From: the human T2T-CHM13v2.0 reference genome, Homo sapiens
Strand: one strand, 5' to 3'
Length of the DNA: 64,000 nucleotides
Assembly: GCF_009914755.1 (NCBI RefSeq)
Contig: NC_060926.1
Shown here piece by piece: positions 1-14,552 of the stretch. Position numbers and translations under genes: made by a program. The notes below the pieces were generated by a model. The model worked only from the letters and a program-made list of their open reading frames with translations, searched no databases and was not told where the DNA came from. Numbering within the stretch: position 1 is the first letter of the stretch; each line of letters starts with the position of its first letter.

Positions 1-286
1 GTATTTCCATTATCAGAGGAAGTTCTACTGGACATGTTAGGATTGCGCCCTTCATTTCTTCCCAAGTAAGAATTTATAATTTTTGCTTTGTGTTACTTAC
101 AAGAAAGATAATACTTGGAAGTATAAGTAATATTTGTTTGCAGTTTGTATTTTGTCTTTCATTGAAACAATTAAAAACACCTGAAGAATTGGCTTCGAAA
201 ACAGTTCAAAAATACTACAAAAGAGAAAATAGAAATTTAGAAGTATAGAACATGGTTGCTTCTTTTATCTGAATAAAACAGCAATG

Positions 287-455
287 GGCAAGGTGCCGTG
301 GCACATGCTGTAGTCTCAGCTCCTTGGGCGTCTGAGGCAGGAGGATTTCTTGAGCCCAGGAGTCAAGGCTGTAGTGCGCCATGATCACATCTGTGAATAG
401 CCACTGCTCTCCTGGGCAACATAGTAAGACCCAGTCTCTAAAAAACAAACAAAAA
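287..455 (+). mobile_element. FAM-like fossil Alu monomer
   Basis: Single Alu monomer retaining the 7SL-derived 'tgtgaatagccactg' segment; A-rich tail. Confidence 0.75.
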
Positions 456-1099
456 TTTATTAAAACAATCACAAATTATAGAAGAACAAAAGGTTATATG
501 ACTTTTATGTGTATATACATATGTATTTATGTATTAACATGTATGTTGCATGGATGTTGGAACCAGAATTGAGAAATATCAAAACACTCTAATCTAATAG
601 CAACAGCAGTAAATACTAATTTGTGTACTTTTTCTTATGAAAACTTTCATTCATACAGAAAAAGAGAATGTCTGTCACCTGGATTAACTTCTTAACATTT
701 TGCTATATTTGCTTCAACTGTATGTTTTTTGGCTGCACTATTTTATTTTAAAGTAAAATACAATTGCAAACATCATGATGCTTCACTCTTAAATACGTCT
801 TCAAAAAATTAGGACATCTGCTTATATAACCGCAATATCACTATCACATCTAAGAAAATTAATCTGAATATAGTCTATAGCAGGAGGTAGAAAATTTTAT
901 CTATGAGTTTGTATTTACATTTCCCTAGTTGTCTATAGAAGAGTTCTTATAGTTGGTTCTCTCAAGGGCTCTGCAATCCATTTGGTTGTTGATTTATTCT
1001 TTGAGTATCTGCTGTGTTCTAATTCTGAAGTGAGAAATTATTGACTAAGACAAGGTCCTTTGCCTTCAAAAACACACCTGCAGACACGACCGAGGTAAA

Positions 1100-2010
1100 A
1101 TCAAAGATTTGGCAACAGCACATAGGAGAAAGAAGAACTGGTAGAAAGCAAAATAAGTTATTTGAGGAACAGTTTTGGATGTGCTGTTTGGATACATAAA
1201 GGGAAAAATCCCTAAAGCAATTGACAAATAGTTTAGAACTACGGAAATAGATTTGGTCTCTCTCCCTACAGAAATTTGCTAGAAAGGAAGAGAATCAAAG
1301 ATGGAACTCTGAGGAAGCAGCACTTAAGGGATGAGCAGAGGTGTGTTTAGGAGAGATCAAGAGGAAACTTTCAGAGAGGTAGGAGGGGAATGTGGCTGCA
1401 AGAAGGAAGGGAGACAGCGGTCTCATATGGATGAGACCCGAAAGTAGGTCACAGGGTTTGGAAAAAGCCCTCAGTGACCCTTGACAAAGTAATTACAGGA
1501 CCAGAATATGGCTAGGCCAGATTGAAATCTGGGGAAGAAAGCAGTGGGTACTTCAGGGAGTGGGTGGATGCTTCTCAGGACAGGAATGTGAGAATTGAGT
1601 TGTTTATGGGCCTAGATGCCACCAGGAGCACAGTCTTGTTTAGATGGATGCTTCACATGATCCTTGAGGTTGCTCACAAATGTGGCATCATTGGTATGGA
1701 AAAGAGAAAGGTGGGCCTCACCCCTTTGTGAGTGCTGTGAGCGATGTGGACGCTGAAGGCAGTGACAAGGATGGGGAGGGAACGGAATGGCCAGATGGTG
1801 TGGACCTTGAAAGAGGCTCGTTCTCTGTTTGACTAAGGTGACACTAAGAGAAGTAATGGAGAGCCCAGTGGAATAGGGAGGACTTCCAGACAAGGCTGCA
1901 TTTGGTCTACAATCTTGAAAGATCTTGAAAGACAAACAGCAATGTGTTAAGTGGAGAAGTAGAACAACAGTATTCCAGGCAGACAAAACAATTTGCAAAG
2001 GCATTTGTTT
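1100..2010 (-). mobile_element. L2-like degraded fragments
   Basis: Purine-rich L2-type phrases (cacttaagggatgagcagagg, gtattccaggcagacaaaaca); boundaries approximate. Confidence 0.45.
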
Positions 2011-4049
2011 AGAAAGGAAGAAATGACTGGTAAAAAGAGAAAGATGCAAAGTATCACTGAAAAGAGTAGATGACCACTCTCCTTTGTACCCTCTGTGTAA
2101 CCTGTAAGTATTTCTATCATAGGTCCTGTGTATATTATTTTTTCATGCCGTTTTATGTGTACTATTACAGCAGCCCCTATATTTGAGACTATGTATACAT
2201 CTGTCTCCACTGATAGAATGAGGTCAGGAGCCATATCTTAATTTTTATCTTTCTAAACTAACAGAGTGCCTAGAACTCAGGTGGGATAAATATTTGTTGA
2301 GTAAAATGTATTTAGGTAAATAATCTATTTCTTTCTCTTTAAGCACATTTGGCTTTTTCTCCTAATTTTACTACTAAATAGCTGGATATCCTTGATGTCA
2401 GTGAAGAAGTGAATCTGTTATCTGAGAGAAGATTGGTTCCCTGGTGTGGACAAAGGAGAGTACATTATGAAATTAAATTTCAGAAGGTTCAGGTTCTGGC
2501 TTTGCCATTTATTTCAGTGTAAGCTACTTAACTGCTGCTTCTTGGTCTGTAAAATGGAGCTCATGAATGCATGCTATTTTATGTGAAATAATGTGCTTTA
2601 CAAAACTGAATATTTTTGTATAGTTAATTAATATTTATTGAATGACTACTAGTTGTATTTTTATAAATACCTTTTTAAATTCTCACAACAACTAGATAAA
2701 ATTGATATCCTTGCACATCAGAATCACTGGGAGTGGTAGTATTTGAAAAGTCTTCTTATGGTTATAATAAGACACAGTGAGGATTATGTTATTATTTACA
2801 CTTTCACCATGTTTTCGTGTTCACTGCTTCCTTTCTTTTGAACTCTGCAATGTTTAGTGGAAGTAAAGATTTTCCTGTTTTATAGCACATAATGGTCTGC
2901 CCAAAACATATCTGTAGGCTGTTCAACTCAGTACTAACACTCAAGATTCTCTTGTTATATGTATTTGTTGTTTATCTCAAAAGGATATTCATCTACTTGT
3001 GTTTTAACAACTGTGTGGTAACTGAAAGTTAAGCAGACACAGAAAGCAACATAATTTTTTTTCATAGCCAGGTAGTCCTTTGTTTGCTTCAGAATTTGTA
3101 AAAGAAAAGAAAAAGAAAAAAATCTGCATAGAATGCCCATAGGAGATAAATGCAAGTAATAGGTTAGGTCGTGTTAGTACTATTCCATGCATACTAAACA
3201 GATGGCAGACAGCGTGCCAGGAATGTGCCTTTTCTGTTTTGTATGTTTTGTTATTTGGTTTTAAAACAACTGGCTTATTTTATTTCCTATTCCCTCTTTT
3301 GTTCATTTTTCTTTCATCTTTTGTTTTTCATTGTTTTCACTGAATTTGCAATATTGCTTTTTATCTGACATGGTATCTTTTGCTCTGTGGACCTTTTCCA
3401 CAGTATTTGGTACAATACTTAGTATAGTGAGGGATTATAAATTAATAAGTGTGTATTAATTTACTTTTAGCTGAGAAAAATTTTTAAAGGCAAAGACACA
3501 TTTTCTGATACTTTCAGAAGACTTCTAGCGAATTCTTTGTTGGCTTATTTTTGTCTTTTTAAAAGAGAGATTGCCTGTAAGCCCCAGACATCCTTTGCAA
3601 TCAATGCTTTCTTTTCAGTTTCCACCAATTAGCTTCCTCATGACTTTTCTGTCTTAGTCTTCATGACAGATCCAACTGTAGGTTGGAATTCTTCAATTTT
3701 CATTTCCGTCTAGGATTCTATTCATTGGTCACCTAAATTAACAGTAATTTTCATATTTGGAAATGTTGCCGATGACAGCTTGAAACTCAGTTGAATTGTC
3801 TCCTTTGTGGTTGCAGTGTGTTCACCCTAAGTTGAAGAATTATGCTTAGTCTTCCACGCCATCTAGTATTCTGATCCAGGCCCTGGCTTCAGTGGTCCCT
3901 TTGCTAAGATGCCAACCAGCCTTGGGCTGCCCTGTATGACTGAGAACGAGGCCTGAGGTCTAGATGGCCCACAAGTGCTGTAGGCTAGTGTTGGCTTTGC
4001 TGAGACAGGTTGTGTTTGGGAAAATCTTATTTATTTTTAAATTTTTAAC

Positions 4050-4870
4050 ATTTGTCCCACCTTTTTATTTTGAAACTTTTCAAATTTCCAGAAAAGTTGA
4101 ATATTCATTGAATAAATATAAACGCATACCCCCATCACCTAGATTTGCCAGATTTTCACATTTTGCCACATTTTCTTTATCGCTTTGTATATGTAAAACA
4201 TTTTTTATTGATCCACTGAAAACTGCACATTATAAACTTAACCCCCAAATACATCAGTATGTACTTAACCCCTAAATGCTTGCATTCTTCATACTGTTAT
4301 CTCCCACAATATCATTATCACATCTGATACAATTATAATAATTCTATATGCCATATATATAATCTTCGTGAAAATTTCCTCAGTTTTCCCCAGAATGTCT
4401 TTGTAGCTGACTAATTGTTTTGTAGAATCCAGGCCACTTGTCTTGTACAGTTGTGTCACATTCTGGCTTTCTGCTTGCTTTCTCGTGATCAGACTTAGAA
4501 TGTATAAAGGATACTGCTTAGGTGATATTGTATACTTCTCGTTACATCCACGAAGTCTAAGAGGTACATAGTCAGTTTGTCCTGCTGTTGATGATGATGT
4601 GACTGATCCCTTGGTTACAGTGATGACCACTAGACCTCTTTATTGTAAAAGTAGCCTTTTCCCTTTGTAACCAGTCTATAGGGTAATATTCTGAGTTCAT
4701 GCGAATTTTCCATTCTTTAGTAACCTTTCAGCCAGTGGCTTTAGCATTTGTTGGTGATCCTTGCCTGAAATTGATGGTTAATTTGGAAGTTGTAAAATGG
4801 TGATTTTCTACTTCTGTCACTCCTTTTACTTTTATAACATATTGTTCTGTAAAGTAGCTTTCTTTTTCTT
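4050..4870 (-). mobile_element. Old L1M (L1MC/MD-like) 3' fragment
   Basis: Antisense L1 3'UTR-like phrases (ttttattttgaaacttttcaaa; gatccttgcctgaaattgat...ggtgattttcta); approximate. Confidence 0.5.
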
Positions 4871-4886
4871 CTTGCCCCTTCTCCTG

Positions 4887-4950
4887 AGTGTGTGTGTGTG
4901 TGTGTGTGTATGTGTACATGTGTGCGTGTGCATGCACATGAACGTGCATG
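4887..4950. repeat. (TG)n microsatellite with degenerate RY extension
   Basis: gtgtgtgtgtgtgtgtgtgtgtatgtgtacatgtgtgcgtgtgcatgcac. Confidence 0.9.
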
Positions 4951-4987
4951 TCACATATTGAGTGTGTTGTGAAGCATTATCATTATT

Positions 4988-5179
4988 CTTTTATTTTCAG
5001 AGACAGGGTCTTGCTCCATCAACCAGGCTATAGTGTAGTGATGCTGTCATAGCTCACTGCAGACTTGAACTCCTGGGCTCAAGCAATCCTCTCACTTTAG
5101 CTTCCTGAGTAGCTGGGACTACAGTCATGTGCCACCACACTTCTTAAAAATTTTTTTTGTAGAGATGGAATCTCAGTAT
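4988..5179 (-). mobile_element. Truncated AluJ-like element
   Basis: gagacagggtcttgctcc...tcctgggctcaagcaatcctc...gtagagatgg; most of the left arm is missing. Confidence 0.85.
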
Positions 5180-5929
5180 CTCTAAAAAGAGATAGTGAGA
5201 ATGTCTCAGACTCATTTTGTGCTTTGTCTGCCTTACACCTAGAATCAGCCATTTCTCCAAGGTACTTGGTTCCTTATACTGGGATGTATGTAGAAACCAG
5301 TTGACCCTCCCATTGCTCCTAAAGTTCCATTCCTTTATGCTTTTTCAGGGAACAGAACTAGGAAATAATATTTTTTGAATATTACAGGAAATAGTTTTTA
5401 AGATAATAGTTTATATTACTTAACATTATAGGGTTTTCCCTTGTACATTTATATCTCTTCTATAATAAAATATCAGTCTCCATAAAATTAATATATTTAC
5501 TTATTTGCTTTATGCTGCAGTGTACATAAAATATTTCAGAATTATAGTATCAGTGTTATGACTGACTATAAGCCTACCAAGTAAAGATGAAGATTTCTTT
5601 GCAATTATTTTGTTGTTGTTATTTGTTTCTGGTTATATTTTTAGAGTTTCTTTGTAAATATTATTCTTTAATACATAAAACATTTACATGCTTCAGGGCT
5701 TAACTATACAAGGGAGGCCCAGAGGAGTTTGCCCTTATCCCTATGCCCCTCCCTCTACTCTCACCCAACCCTTGAGAAATCATTTTTATTGGTTTCTACT
5801 TAACATTTTTGTGTTTTATGTTTGCAAAAAGAAGCTTATGTGTATTTTCCCCCTGTATTTATACGTCTTTTCTTTTTCTGTTTCTTACACCAAAGCAGCA
5901 TTCTAGGTACATTTCTTTTGTATCTTGGC

Positions 5930-6667
<738 letters not shown>

Positions 6668-6898
6668 TGTCAATCTTTTTTAAAAAATTACTTATAAATT
6701 TTGAGTCATAGTTATGAAAGACTTTTCCATTGCTTAGTTATAAAGGAATTCACTCATGTCATATGTGAGTATTTGTTTTTATTTTGTATGTTTAGCCCTC
6801 TCACTCATTTGGAGTTTACTCTGCTGTATATGATGTGAGGTTTGGATTTTGGTTGTATCTTTTTCCAAATGGCAATCAGTTGCAGTATCATTTATTAA

Positions 6899-7178
6899 GG
6901 CTCATGTGTGTAATCCCAATACTGGTAGGCCAAGGCAAGAAGATCATTTGAGCTCAGGAGTTCAAGACCAGCCTGAGCAACATAGTGAGACCCTCATCTC
7001 TACAAAAAAAAAAAAAATTACCTGGGTGTGATGGTGCAAGCCTCTAGCCCCAGCTACTCCTGAGGCTGAGGTGGGAGGATTGCATGAGCCTGGGAGGTCA
7101 AGGCTGCAGTGAGCATGATTGTGTCACTGCACTCCAGCCTCAGCGACAGAGTGAGGTTCTGATCTAATAAAAGAAAAA
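6899..7178 (+). mobile_element. AluJ-like element
   Basis: ggctcatgtgtgtaatccc...gaggtcaaggctgcagtgagc...A-rich tail. Confidence 0.9.
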
Positions 7179-7281
7179 GTCTACCTTTTTTCCCTGCAGC
7201 AAAGGAAGGGGGTAGGTGGGGAGGGACCTGGTTAAAACAAAAAAGAGTTTGCTAAAGGGGCACACTGATGTTTGATCTAAG

Positions 7282-7423
7282 TTTTTTATTTGTTTGTTTA
7301 TTTTGCACTCCAGCCTGCGTGACAAAGCATGTTGCCCAGGCTGGTTTATAACACCTGGCCTCATCCTCCCACATCAGCCTCCCACAGTACTGGGATTACC
7401 AGCATGAGCCACCGTGCCTGACC
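7282..7423 (-). mobile_element. FLAM-like Alu monomer containing an inverted Alu patch
   Basis: T-rich tail, atgttgcccaggctgg...gagccaccgtgcctgacc; 7305-7328 is in the opposite orientation. Confidence 0.75.
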
Positions 7424-7769
7424 TAGGTTTTTTGTTTTGTTTTAAGTGTAATTTTGTTCTGAAAAAAGTTGAATAAGAGAATGAAGCTTGATCCAGAGAC
7501 ACAATTAGGCTCCCTAATATGACTGAATTTACACCCCCAAATTATAGACCTCTCCTTTTGGTGGCAGAGTCTGATCCAGCACATTTACTATGCGGGTAGG
7601 CAGAGAAGGCCCACTCAGAACAGGCTCTCTAAATGAGCAGAAGTGTATTTAAATGCACTACTGGATCCCAGGCCATAGACTCTTCATCGGCACTGTTCAA
7701 CAAGAAGGAAAGTGTACATTTTGTTGTTGTGAGGCGGGGCATTGGAGAAGACACTATAAAAGGCTTAAG

Positions 7770-7980
7770 CTATTGTTCTCAGCTGGGAGGCAGTGCTGCT
7801 CCCTAGGACGTAGGGGCATTTGGAAAGGTGTGGGGGTGAGATTTGTCATGAGCACTGGTTATTACTGATGCCGACTGGAAAAAAGCCAGGAATACTAAAT
7901 GACCTGCAGTATGGAAAAAGGGTGCCTATGATGGAGCTGTCACACCCACAATGCCAGTAGCATCCCTATTGAAAAACAGA
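7770..7980. mobile_element. MER20-like hAT-Charlie DNA transposon relic
   Basis: gttctcagctggg...ggggcatttggaaa...gccaggaatactaaa...aatgccagtag...ttgaaaaac follows the MER20 layout. Confidence 0.5.
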
Positions 7981-8433
7981 CATGGAAGAAGAACTTGTTT
8001 GGAAAGAGTGTAGTTTAAAAACTCTGGAAAAAGTTGAAAGAACATCTAAAAACATCAGGGGTGTCATGATGGGTGAGACTTAGAGCCTGCTTTTTGCAGC
8101 CTGCTCTTTGATATGTGCACGACCAGCTGGGAGCTGGAACAATTGCTCTTAAGCACATTTCCACAGAATCCAGACAGGAGCATCTCTAAGTGATCCCTTA
8201 AAAGAGAGATTATTTGTGCTCTCATATTCAAGGAATGACATGTTTAAAGCTGACACTTGAAAATTGTCAATAACCAGTTTAATAGTTAAATTTTTTTCTT
8301 TTTGGATTGTGTGTAGTAATTTTATCATCCCATTGAAACATTTATGAAGTAAGATAATGCTTTGAAACTCTAGTTCAATGTCCAGCATATAGAAAGCACT
8401 CTATAACTATTAGTTCTAACCTTGTTTATATAA

Positions 8434-8586
<153 letters not shown>

Positions 8587-8612
8587 TAATACATTATTAA
8601 TTTATTTTACAG

Positions 8613-8643
8613 CATCCTGAACAGATTTTTCCAAGACAAAGAG
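8613..8643 (+). CDS. MRPS9: MRPS9 coding exon (31 nt) HPEQIFPRQR+G
   Basis: ttttacag|CATCCT...AGAG|gtaagt; follows an 83-nt intron; phase 0/1. Confidence 0.95.
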
Positions 8644-11600
8644 GTAAGTTTGTTCAAGAATGAGAGAAACAGTTTTTTCTTTACCGTATTCCGGTGTTAG
8701 GTTATGTATCAGCGGTTGCTCACATATCGTAGGGTGGCCTTCCTGTGTCACAGTAGTTGTGAAGTAGGTCAAAAAATTTTGTAACAATGAATGAGTGAAG
8801 TTTGCAAACCATATCTTTTAAATTAAATACTAAAATTAGATGTGTTTAGAGCTTAGGACTATACCAATGTCATACTAATTATTTGCATTCCAATATGTCC
8901 TTTTGAGGGAGAGTTTGGTACAGATCTGCTGGCAACTAATTCAACTTCTGTTTATATGAAAATTTAAAACTTTTCTTGATTTTGGAAGCACATTTTCACT
9001 GACTGTAGATTTTCTTTTCTGTTCTTTCAATACTTTAATGATGTAATTCCATTGTCTTGTCTTACATAGTTTCTAATGAGCAATTAGCCATCATTCTAAT
9101 TGTGTCTCCTGTTTTCTCTGGCTTCTCTTAAGATATTCTCTTTATCTTTTAAATGTGTAAAAAAAAAAAATTGAAGAAAATACACAGCAAGCTTTAAGGT
9201 TGTCAAGAAATTGAATAATATATTTACTATACATTAGAAACCTCTTATCCAGTGAGGACCAGTAGTTCTCTGTTAACTTAAAAAGTATTAAAGCTAGAAA
9301 TCAGTTCTTTAAAAAACACTCAAAATGTAACCTGTACTTACCCATCAAGCTTTTGCTGTGACCCTAGAGGTTTGGTGGTTTTGAGTGTGTCTGCTGCTCC
9401 CCGTTGCTTTTATGTAACCATGCTGCTGATGCATCATCGCAGTCTTTCAGTTTTGATTTTCTTGCAGTGGAGCAGTGAACTTAACACTTCCTAAGAAATC
9501 TGAGTGCAGAATATTTTTGTATTTCTACAGATTCTTCCCATCAACCTTACTGAAGTTGACACAACTTTTTTTTTTTTTTAGCAACTTGCCTTTCTAGAGC
9601 ATTCAACCTAGTTTTCTTAGAAGTAGCAACTTTTATGTTTGCACTCATATTTAATTTATTTATGTAATACTTAATTCATGTATTTATAGAAATAAGTACA
9701 ACTGTAATAAAATAGGCTTGGGAGTAAACATAACTATTAGTAAGCATGAAACTCAGCAGCAAAAATGTGTGGATCTACTTGAGAATAGCTTGGTGGCCAT
9801 AGGTTCTCAATACGCAGGCCGCTTTATCAGTGTGTTTAGAATTAAATAGAAATTGGTAAGATAGCAGATATTTCTATAGAAGACTTATTTATTTTGCAGT
9901 GGTATTTCTGCTAAGTCATATTTTTATTCAAAGCTAGGCATTTATTCTCTTATTCCAGTTCACTCTTGGAAATGATAACTTTTAGTTTGAATCTTATTAT
10001 AAATGTTTTGAATCTTTTTATAAATATGCTCTATCATTTGTATTCCCTCAGTTCTTAATCATGGTTGATTATAAATTATACCATCGATTTAATAATAGCT
10101 TTTGGGGAAATAATAAATGAAGACTATGTTAAAAATGCACATCACTTTTGCAGATACAACTCAGTGTTACAGAAGTAAAACTATGCACAGGGCACAGTAA
10201 CTTACATTAAACACCTAGTAGCTTTTCGGTAAATGTTTGTAATGACAGTGATTTTTTTTTCTTCTTCTTCTTTACTAACTCTTCTATTTTTTTAAACCTC
10301 TCAGACTCCTCACCTATTTCTCTCTCTCTTTGTTCTTTATATCTCTACTAGTTGCATCTCTTCTTATACATCTGCCCCTCTAAGACTGGTTTGTTCTTTC
10401 AAATCATACCAGCTTCTCAGTATTAGAAGTTTATTGTTACTAGCAGCCAGGTTGTGACAACTGAAACTTCTATATATCCCTGCAAAATGCCCATGTGTTA
10501 TTTTGAAAATATGTCACTCCTGGTAGGATTATCTTAAGTTGTAGTTTACTATATGTAACTGTATGTAAACAGTACTCCTCTAGAATTAGTAAAATTTTTT
10601 TGTTGCTTACCTACCTACCTCCCAATTTTGTTGTATTTCATAAATATAGGATAAACTGATTTTTTTGTATGCTAAAAAAGTAACAGTGAATTTTAGATTT
10701 GGATAGATTTTGACACTTATAGTGTACTAACACTTTCCTTATTAAAAGATGGAAGCTTCTAGATTGAGTTAACATAAAATCTTGCTCTGTATGTTTTAAA
10801 GCAAGTGATAAAAATATTAAGTGAAACAAAGATAACTACTGGGTCAACAGGAGCAAAGAGTAGCACTCATATTAGACAAAATGGAATTCAAGGAGTGTGA
10901 GGAATACTTCAATGAAGCAAGAATGTTAATTTATGTTGATAAAACCTAATCTCCATTGAGTAGATTTGATGACCACAAACCTTTTTGCACCAACATTTAG
11001 CATCGAAATGTTCAAAACAAAAGCCGTTAACTTAAGGCTATAACGAATTTGAATAACACAGCATGATTTTATAGTTACAGATACAAAGAATACATTTTCT
11101 TTGCAGAGGCCTATGGACTATTAATAGAATTATGATGTAATTGGACATAAAGAAAACCTAACGAATTCCAAGTAGTAAAAATCATATCATTCGATTTTTC
11201 TGAGTTAAGATCAATAGAACCATATGACTGTTGAGTTAAAGAGAAAATCAAAATTGAGGTTACAGACATGACAATGACAACAGTTCCTATTAAATCCTAT
11301 GGAATATGGACATTGTATTATACAGAGACAAGCATATATTTGTTAGAAATTAAGAAAGACTGAATATAAATGAACTAAATTTTCGGTTCAGGAAGCCAGA
11401 AAAAGAAAAATAGAATAGAGGAACATAGCGAAGAAATTGAAAAGAAGGGGTATGATAAACAAAACCATGTCATTCTTTGAAAAAGCTAGTGAAATCAATC
11501 AACTTCTAGCAAATCTGGCCAGGGAAAAAAGAGAAAACATAAGAGGACAATATTAAGAATTGTAAATAATAATATTCAGAGGGTAATTTTAAAGTATGCA

Positions 11601-11649
11601 GTTGTTATGGGTAACTTTATTCTAACTTGAAAAATCTCTCAAGTAAGAA

Positions 11650-11860
11650 TTGTTAGCATTTATTGAAACAGAGTAGGCCAGGCATAGTTCTAAGTGCTTC
11701 CTGTGTGTTAACTTACACTCTTCACAACAGGTTTTTTAAGTAGATACTGTAATTTTCCCCACTGCACAAATGTAGGAATTAAAAGCACATGGAGTTTAAC
11801 TTACCAAGGACGTAACAGCCAGGAAATAGTTGAGCCAGAATGTAGGGAGGCCCAGGCAGT
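11650..11860 (-). mobile_element. MIR
   Basis: catttattga...ccaggcatagttctaagtgct...cttaccaagg...gttgagccagaat. Confidence 0.65.
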
Positions 11861-11972
11861 TGTGGCACACACACATATGTATGACCACCAGACTCAACTG
11901 ACTCTCAGACATGTAGTTGAAAGAATAATATAATTGCCACAGTTGTCTCAATCAGGAGAATAGTGGTTAAAC

Positions 11973-12553
11973 CGGTGGTCCCCAGCCTTTTTGGCGCCAG
12001 GGACCAATTTTGTGAAGGACGATTTCATGGACCAGGGGTTGGGGGATGGTTTCGGGATGATTCAAGCTCATTACATTTATTGTGAGCTTTATTTCTATTA
12101 TTACATTGTAAGATATAATGAAATAATTATACAACTCACCGTAATGTAGAATCAGTGTGAGGCCTGGGCTTGTTTTTCTGCAACTACATTGTCCCATGTG
12201 GTGTTGATGGGAGACAGTGACAGATCGTCAGGCCTTAGATTCTCATAAGGAGCATGCAACCTAGATCCCTCGCATGTGCTGTTCACAATAGGGTTCACGC
12301 TCCTATGAGAATCTAATCGCACTGTTGATCTGACAGGATGTGGCACTCAGGCGGTAATGTGAGCAATGGGGAATGTCTATAAATACAGATGAAGCTATGC
12401 TGGTCTGTGGTCTAGGGGCTGGGGACCCCTACTGTAGAACCAACTGCTCTTATTGCGAAACACCCACTCTGGTCCCAGTTGACCAGTCATGACAGCAAAT
12501 ACAAATCAATAGAACCTGGTACCTGTCTGTGGCCCAGGGGTTGGGTACCCCTG
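11973..12553 (+). mobile_element. MER1A-like hAT-Charlie element with degenerate 8-bp TSD
   Basis: TIRs cggtggtccccagcc / ggttgggtacccctg; internal ttagattctcataaggagc...ctcctatgagaatctaa; flanks GGTTAAAC / TGTTAATC (6/8 match). Confidence 0.85.
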
Positions 12554-14122
12554 TGTTAATCTAAAAGCTGCAGAAGTTATAAAGGAGCGCCAAAGGTCTA
12601 ATGAGAAAGGCCCAGGCCTAGAAGGTTTTGTCGGGAAGCTCTGACATACCTTGAAGGAGGATGTAACTATTGTTATCATTTAAACTTGTAGAGCAGAAGA
12701 AAAGAATGAAAGCTTCTAAATTCCCTTCAGAGGGTCACACAATTATCAAATCTGGACATAAATTTCATGAAAAAGAAAGCTATAGTCTGTTGTCACTAAA
12801 TAAAACACTAGCAAACCAAGTAAAGCTTTATATTAAGAGAATATACCAGAGGGCCTTTTTTTCTCTCCAGGAAAATAAGGATGATTTATGTAATTCTCTG
12901 TGTTAATTGAGTCAAGGTTAAAACATTTCAATAAAAAAGTTAATTAACAAAATTGAGCTTTAATTTTTTTGGTAAAAACACAAACTAGAAATAAAAAGAA
13001 ACTTTCTTAGTTTGAGAAAGCATATCAAGACAAACAGAAACACATCAAATTTAAAAATATATCAATAGATCCCATTAAGTTCAGGAATAAGACAGTTATG
13101 TGCATACTCGCCTGTGTTATTTGGCATTGTTTTGGAAGTTTTACCTAGCATGGTTAAAAAAAAAAGTGTGGCTAAAAAAGTATGAATTAGAAAACTGAAA
13201 GAAATTAGGAAAATCGATTATTATTCACAGATGTTATGACTGCCTACTTAGAAAATAGAAAACATTCACTAAAAACTATATTAGAATTTCAGCAGACTAC
13301 CATTATTTGGGTACCTGAATTCAAAACATTTAAACTATGAATTGTTCTGAAAATTTTAAAAATGATACCCTCTTATAAAAGCATGCCACAGTATAGTTAC
13401 TGGGCGAAATGCTGATCCTGCAGAGATCATATGAGCATCCTGTCAGTTGATGACTCTGTGGCAGCCACATCTACACACAAAGAAATCAGTGTGGAATGGC
13501 ATGTAATGATGAACTAAATAACATGATGGTCTTACTGGTAGCAAATGAATTGCAATCTTTCACTTTCTTTATGTATTTTGGCAGACAAGAACTGTTTTAA
13601 AAACGCTGAATTCCAACTATACAAATACATACCTACATATTCATACAGACACATACATACGTATATACATACATGTACCTCCTTTTTCTCAATTCATTTA
13701 ATGGAATGCTGAAAAATAGACTATGCAGAAGATAACAGAGTTTGGTCAAGACTTTAAAAATTATTGTGTGTTTTTGGAGTTAAGAAATTCAAACTCTAGA
13801 ACAGAAATAAGGTGGCTAGTTGAAGAATATACATACAGCTTTCAATACTTTTAAAGTAATAGATATTATGTCCTTAAAATCACAAAAACTAAAGGACAAA
13901 GATGACAAATTACTTATGTTGAAGTTAAAAATTTCTCTTTGACAAAGACACTAGGAAATTTGAAACATGCCAGAGGCCTGATACCTAGAATAAATTACTC
14001 ACAAATTAACAAAAGCAGCTTACTAGAGAAATGAGCAAAGGCAAATAAGCAATTCATAAATAGAAAAAATTAAAGTACCAGTAAGCATTTGAAAATATCA
14101 GAGATCAGAAATAACATCTTAT

Positions 14123-14552
<430 letters not shown>

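Noticed and set aside
287-455. 7SL RNA gene or pseudogene
   Set aside because: It lacks most of the S domain, is diverged and has an A-tail, so it fits a fossil Alu monomer better.
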